Positions 34,593 through 38,687 of a stretch of 38,687 nt of DNA are shown piece by piece. Location of the stretch: assembly GCA_017460285.1 (NCBI GenBank), contig JAFUBI010000132.1:1-38687 (forward strand), written 5' to 3'. The translations under genes were made by a program, and so were the position numbers. The notes below the pieces were generated by a model. That model was not told the origin of the DNA, did not search any database, and saw nothing but the letters and a program-made list of their open reading frames with translations. This DNA is from Oscillospiraceae bacterium. GTDB taxonomy: Bacteria; Bacillota; Clostridia; Oscillospirales; Ruminococcaceae. The first letter of the stretch is position 1, and every line of letters begins with the position of its first letter.

Positions 34593-35494
34593 GAGGATCC
34601 AGTCTCGGTTATTTGATCAAAAAGGGAATCAGCAACATCTGGCTCAACCGCATGATGTCGGCGGCGTCCATGGGTATCCTGACGGCGTGCCTCATCATCG
34701 TCGGCGGATCTGGACTTCTTGCCGTCAACATCCGCGACATCTTCACCGCCATCGAGAACCAGAACGAGATGGTCATCTTCATCAAGGAAGACGCTACGGA
34801 GGAGGATGTTACGGTCCTTGGGGACAAGATCGACTCCCTGGATCATGTGAGCGACTATTACTATGTTTCCAAAGCGGAAGCTTTGGAGGAACAAAAAGAG
34901 TATATGGGAGAGAAAGGCTATCTCCTGGACGGACTTGAGGACGACAACCCTCTTCCCGCTTCCTATCGCCTCACGCTCTCCGGTCTTGAATATTTGAATG
35001 AGACGGTGGAACAGCTCCAGCATTACCGCGGAGTTGACACGATCTCAGCCCCTACCGATCTCGCGGATACGCTGACCGGCGTGGAGAAAACAGCATTGGT
35101 GCTTGGATCCATCATCATCGGCATCCTGATCGTTGCATCGACTGTCGTCATTTCGAATACGATCCGTTTGACTCTTTTCGCAAGAAGAAGAGAGATCAAC
35201 ATCATGAGATACGTTGGTGCCACCAATGGTTTCATCCGTCTTCCTTTCGTCGTGGAAGGAATGACGATCGGCATCTTTTCGGCAGTGCTGGCTTTCGGAG
35301 TGATCTGGGCGATCTATCAGAGTCTTGGCTCACTGTTTGCTGAGACAAGGATCTCCTGGCTGACCTCTGTTTCCAATAATTTGATCCCATTCATGAATCT
35401 TTGGTATTACGTTCTCGGCGGTTTCCTGATCGCAGGGATCCTGATCGGGTCTCTGTCCAGTTCCTCTTCGATCCGCCGTTATCTGAAGGTGTAA
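34589..35494 (+). CDS. ftsX: Cell-division permease-like protein FtsX
   Basis: 301 aa. One TM segment, a large extracytoplasmic loop, then three C-terminal TM segments. This is the typical FtsX topology. Confidence 0.9.
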   Translation: MRGSSLGYLIKKGISNIWLNRMMSAASMGILTACLIIVGGSGLLAVNIRDIFTAIENQNEMVIFIKEDATEEDVTVLGDKIDSLDHVSDYYYVSKAEALEEQKEYMGEKGYLLDGLEDDNPLPASYRLTLSGLEYLNETVEQLQHYRGVDTISAPTDLADTLTGVEKTALVLGSIIIGILIVASTVVISNTIRLTLFARRREINIMRYVGATNGFIRLPFVVEGMTIGIFSAVLAFGVIWAIYQSLGSLFAETRISWLTSVSNNLIPFMNLWYYVLGGFLIAGILIGSLSSSSSIRRYLKV

Positions 35495-35495
35495 G

Positions 35496-36656
35496 ATGAG
35501 AAATTTCAAGAGATTCCTTGCAATGCTGTTGCTGGTCATCCTGGTGGGGACCGGCGTAAGTGGTGTGGTCGATCATAAGGTCGAGGCTTATTCCACAGGG
35601 GAAGAACTCAAACAGCACATGCAGGATCTGCAGTCTCAGTTGGCAAAACTGAATCAGCAGTTGGCGGACGCAAAGAATACGGTCAAGGAGGCAGAGGTAA
35701 AATCCAATACCTATGCTTCCCGTGTCAGCATCGTAAAGGAGCAGATCGCTACACTTAAAGAGAGCATCGAGGCGAAGTCGGAGGAACTTGCCGTCAAGCA
35801 GGAAGAATTGGACAAGAAGATCCAGGAACACGATCAGACCTATGAACTGTTCAAATCCAGATTGCGCGCGATGTATATGAGCAACGACGCATCTGTCCTC
35901 TCCCTGATTCTCGGCTCGGATTCTTTCTCGGAATTCCTTGTAGCCGCGGAGACGCAGACCAGGATCTCGAAGCATGACACCGATCTTGTGGAGAAACTGG
36001 AGATGGAAGCACAGGTGATCGCGGCGGAAGAGGCGATCATTCAGCAGGATTTGGACAGTCTAGAAGAGGATATGGATGTGCTGGAGGACAAGTATTCGGA
36101 GTTGGCAGCCCTCTATCAGGAGGCCAACAACGAACTGAGCGCCGCAAAAGCCTTCCAGAATGCGACGCAGGATGACTACGACGCCATCCTGGCGGATCTC
36201 CAGAATACACAGAATGAATGGAATGCCCTCATGGGCTCCGGCATGATGGAGTACGTGGGAGGGTATTATGCCTGGCCGACACCGGGCTACACATACATCA
36301 CGTCCGGATTTGGCTGGCGTACGCTTTATGGACAGCCCAACTATCACACTGGTATCGATATCTCCGGATACCAGATCTATGGTTCTCCGGTCATTGCATC
36401 CAACACGGGACGCGTAGTGCGTGTCCGCTACTATACGACAGGCTATGGTTATCATGTCATGATCGACCATGGTGACAACAACTGGACGGTCTACGCCCAC
36501 CTGAGCGCGATCGCCGTAAACGAGGGAGACTGGGTCGCACAGGGACAGACTATAGGATATGTGGGATCCACCGGAAACTCCACAGGACCTCACCTCCATT
36601 TTGAGATCCGCATCAACGGAACAGCCCAGAACCCGCTGAATTACGTCACAAGATAA
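35496..36656 (+). CDS. Coiled-coil M23 (LytM-domain) peptidoglycan hydrolase, PcsB/EnvC-like
   Basis: 386 aa. A signal/anchor sequence and about 200 aa of heptad-rich coiled coil precede a LytM domain. The domain has intact HTGID (HxxxD) and HLHFE (HxH) motifs. Confidence 0.9.
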   Translation: MRNFKRFLAMLLLVILVGTGVSGVVDHKVEAYSTGEELKQHMQDLQSQLAKLNQQLADAKNTVKEAEVKSNTYASRVSIVKEQIATLKESIEAKSEELAVKQEELDKKIQEHDQTYELFKSRLRAMYMSNDASVLSLILGSDSFSEFLVAAETQTRISKHDTDLVEKLEMEAQVIAAEEAIIQQDLDSLEEDMDVLEDKYSELAALYQEANNELSAAKAFQNATQDDYDAILADLQNTQNEWNALMGSGMMEYVGGYYAWPTPGYTYITSGFGWRTLYGQPNYHTGIDISGYQIYGSPVIASNTGRVVRVRYYTTGYGYHVMIDHGDNNWTVYAHLSAIAVNEGDWVAQGQTIGYVGSTGNSTGPHLHFEIRINGTAQNPLNYVTR

Positions 36657-36667
36657 TTGAAGGAACG

Positions 36668-37873
36668 ATGAACAAAAGAGTATCCATCGGTATCACATTG
36701 GCATTTATCTTCATCGCCGTGGCCATCACGTTCACGGCGACGATGCTGTATGCGATGAATTTGTTCGACCAGAAGATCATCGGCGTTCAGGAAAGAGCCG
36801 CGATGTACGACAAGATCTCTGAGATCGATTCCGTGATCCGACAGAATTACTACCTTCCCTTTGAAGACCGCCGCATCATGAACGGGTTGTCCAGCGGTTA
36901 CATCTCCGGTCTCGGTGATGAATACACACGCTATATGACGAGTGCTGAGATCGCCCAGATGAAAGCGGCAAGTTCCGGCGAAGTCACTGGCGTCGGTCTG
37001 GAAGTCCTGGAGAATCCCAGCGGTTACGCGGTCGTGAAGTCGGTCGTCACCGATTCTCCTGCGGACAAAACGGGAATGCAGGTCGGCGACGTCATCATCA
37101 CGGTCAACGAAGAAGACGCATTGGTCATGGGCTTCAGCGAGGTGGAGAAGGCGCTGCTCGGAACAGAGGGCAATCAGGTCAAGATCGGCTACATGCGCAA
37201 TGGCTCGGAAGAAAGCGCTGAGCTCGTATACGATACCTACGCAGTGAATTCGGTGATCTCAGGGGTCATCGATGAACAGTATGCTTATATCCGCTTTACA
37301 GATTTCAACGAACTGACTTTGACCCAGTTCAAAAGGGCTTACAACGATCTGATCCAGGAGGACGCTGTCCGAGCGTTCGTATTCGACGTCCGCGGATTGA
37401 GAAGCGGAACGGATCTTTCCATCGTAGCGGATATTCTGGATCCTCTCATGCCTCAGGGAACCATTATTTCCGGCGTGTATTCCGGTGAGATCTCCAAGGT
37501 CATGTACACTTCCGATGCGGAGCAACTTCAGTATCCCGCAATCGTTTTGGTGGATTCAGACACAAGGGGATTGGCGGAGATGTTCGCAGCAGTTCTCGGT
37601 GAGAAGGAGAATGTCCGGATCATTGGAGAGCAGACAGCGGGCAAAGGGACTTATCAGGAACTTGTCAAACTGAGCGATGGGACCGGGATCTATGTCACAG
37701 TGTGCAAATTGATCGCCTGCGGCCATCTGGACTTTGACAAGACCGGTCTGAACCCGGATTTCATCGTTTTGCCGAACGACGGATTCGAGATGACGGACGA
37801 TGTTCCACAGAGCCGTTCGGACATTCAACTGTACCGCGGACTGGAAGTTATGCGCGCCGAACTGATGGGCTGA
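36668..37873 (+). CDS. S41-family (C-terminal processing peptidase, CtpB-like) homologue, possibly non-catalytic
   Basis: 401 aa. An N-terminal TM segment and a PDZ-like segment (GVGLEV...SPADKTGMQVGDVII) precede the S41 core. The core has GKGTYQ, but the Ser motif reads DTRGLAE. Confidence 0.8.
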   Translation: MNKRVSIGITLAFIFIAVAITFTATMLYAMNLFDQKIIGVQERAAMYDKISEIDSVIRQNYYLPFEDRRIMNGLSSGYISGLGDEYTRYMTSAEIAQMKAASSGEVTGVGLEVLENPSGYAVVKSVVTDSPADKTGMQVGDVIITVNEEDALVMGFSEVEKALLGTEGNQVKIGYMRNGSEESAELVYDTYAVNSVISGVIDEQYAYIRFTDFNELTLTQFKRAYNDLIQEDAVRAFVFDVRGLRSGTDLSIVADILDPLMPQGTIISGVYSGEISKVMYTSDAEQLQYPAIVLVDSDTRGLAEMFAAVLGEKENVRIIGEQTAGKGTYQELVKLSDGTGIYVTVCKLIACGHLDFDKTGLNPDFIVLPNDGFEMTDDVPQSRSDIQLYRGLEVMRAELMG

Positions 37874-37880
37874 AAATCTA

Positions 37881-37909
37881 TTGACTTTTGTGCACAGGGT
37901 GCCTAAAAT
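37881..37909 (+). promoter_or_regulatory. Candidate sigma-A promoter of greA
   Basis: TTGACT (37881-37886), 17 nt spacer, TAAAAT (37904-37909). Confidence 0.55.
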
Positions 37910-37972
37910 ATATTAATCTGTAGTATATTTTTTATATTATTGGCACAATGCAGAAAGGTATTTGCTAAAGAC

Positions 37973-38455
37973 ATGGCACAAGAATATTTGATCAGCAAAT
38001 CAAAGCTGAATGAATTGGAAAAAGAATTAGACTATCTCAAATCTGTTAAACGGCAGGAGATGGCAGCAGTTATAAAAGAGGCCCTTTCGCACGGGGATCT
38101 GTCCGAGAACAGTGAGTATGACGAAGCGAAAAACTCTCAGGCGATCATGGAAGCAAGGATCGTGGAACTGGAGAAGATGCTACAGAATTCCAGAGTGATC
38201 GATGAAGAATCCGTCGATACCGATCACGTATCCATCGGTTGCACCGTTGAAGTTTTGTTCGTGGAAGACGATGAGACAGAGACTTACGACATCGTAAGTT
38301 CCGGCGAAGCAGACGCTTTGAAGAATAAGATCTCAGATGAGTCTCCTCTGGGAAGTTCCCTCATCGGGCACAGAGTTGGAGATACGGTCGTAGCACAGAC
38401 GCCTGGCGGCGGGTTGGAACTCAAGATCGTAAGCATCGGGAAACAGAATCTTTAA
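37973..38455 (+). CDS. greA: Transcription elongation factor GreA
   Basis: Start taken at ATG 37973 (MAQEYLISKSK). It has an N-terminal coiled coil with the GDLSENSEYDEAK motif and a C-terminal GreA/B domain. Confidence 0.9.
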   Translation: MAQEYLISKSKLNELEKELDYLKSVKRQEMAAVIKEALSHGDLSENSEYDEAKNSQAIMEARIVELEKMLQNSRVIDEESVDTDHVSIGCTVEVLFVEDDETETYDIVSSGEADALKNKISDESPLGSSLIGHRVGDTVVAQTPGGGLELKIVSIGKQNL

Positions 38456-38464
38456 TGAGTAATG

Positions 38465-38493
38465 GCCTTTGCGTAACAAACGCAAAGGCTTTT
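38465..38493 (+). terminator. Hairpin plus T-run between greA and lysS
   Basis: gcctttgcg / taacaaa / cgcaaaggc, followed by tttt. Confidence 0.65.
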
Positions 38494-38510
38494 CATATCA
38501 GGAGGAATAC

Positions 38511-38687
38511 ATGGCAGAGCAATTTAGAAAGCAGAATCCGGAGAACCAGCCTACAGAGAGCGAACAGATCGCGATCCGGAAGGACAAACTGGAAAACATG
38601 AGAGCGGGAGGAAGGGATCCTTTCCTCGTCACGACTTATGACATCAAAGATTCTGCCAAAGATATCATAGAAAACTTCCAGGATGTC
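38511..38687 (+). CDS. lysS: N-terminal fragment of lysine--tRNA ligase (3' end lies outside the window)
   Basis: AGGAGG RBS, ATG at 38511, and 59 codons open to the window end. The sequence (...IRKDKLENMRAGGRDPF...) and its position after greA fit class II LysRS in Firmicutes. Confidence 0.6.
   Translation, partial: MAEQFRKQNPENQPTESEQIAIRKDKLENMRAGGRDPFLVTTYDIKDSAKDIIENFQDV

Noticed and set aside
1-38687. Search for CRISPR arrays, tRNA/rRNA genes, transposases, integrases, phage genes, toxin-antitoxin pairs or known defence systems.
   Set aside because: I saw no regularly spaced direct repeats, no tRNA-like or rRNA-like sequences, and no ORF with recombinase, nuclease or reverse-transcriptase motifs. 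The window looks like core chromosome rather than a mobile or defence island.

Overview
This window looks like a chromosomal segment of a Gram-positive anaerobe, probably Clostridia-like. The basis is AGGAGG-type ribosome-binding sites, lipoboxes, an ECF S-component, and greA-lysS and ftsEX-M23-S41 gene order. I support about 39 protein-coding genes. I recognised no rRNA, tRNA, CRISPR array, transposase or integrase.

Layout:
- 1-323: 3' end of a rhamnulokinase-like gene.
- 0.4-19.7 kb: an unusually peptidase-dense locus around one Opp/Dpp-type ABC importer. It holds an atypical M20, a TIGR04076-like protein plus an aldo/keto reductase, four M24 Xaa-Pro-type peptidases, PepD, an S9 serine peptidase, a divergent guanylate-kinase-like gene, an MFS transporter and a flavin reductase.
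- 20.1-22.2 kb: an uncharacterised membrane-anchored protein followed by two tandem paralogous 129-aa lipoproteins.
- 22.3-22.85 kb: a roughly 0.5-kb gap without convincing coding sequence, containing two strong terminators.
- 22.85-25.7 kb: an HxlR-regulated redox operon (Fe-S aldo/keto reductase, flavodoxin, nitroreductase).
- 25.9-29.7 kb, minus strand: a tightly coupled operon of dCMP deaminase, coaX, an ECF S-component, a HAD hydrolase and an M20D amidohydrolase. The amidohydrolase is interrupted by one in-frame TAG.
- 30-32.5 kb: an orphan BMP lipoprotein, cdd and rsmA.
- 32.8-37.9 kb: a PucR-type regulator, ftsE, ftsX, a coiled-coil M23 peptidase and an S41 homologue that seems to lack the catalytic serine.
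- 37.97 kb to the window end: greA and the start of lysS.

No single obviously new system stands out. The best candidates are the peptidase/transport island with its odd members, the amber-interrupted amidohydrolase, and the hypothetical envelope trio. All family assignments come from motif recognition by eye; no searches were run.
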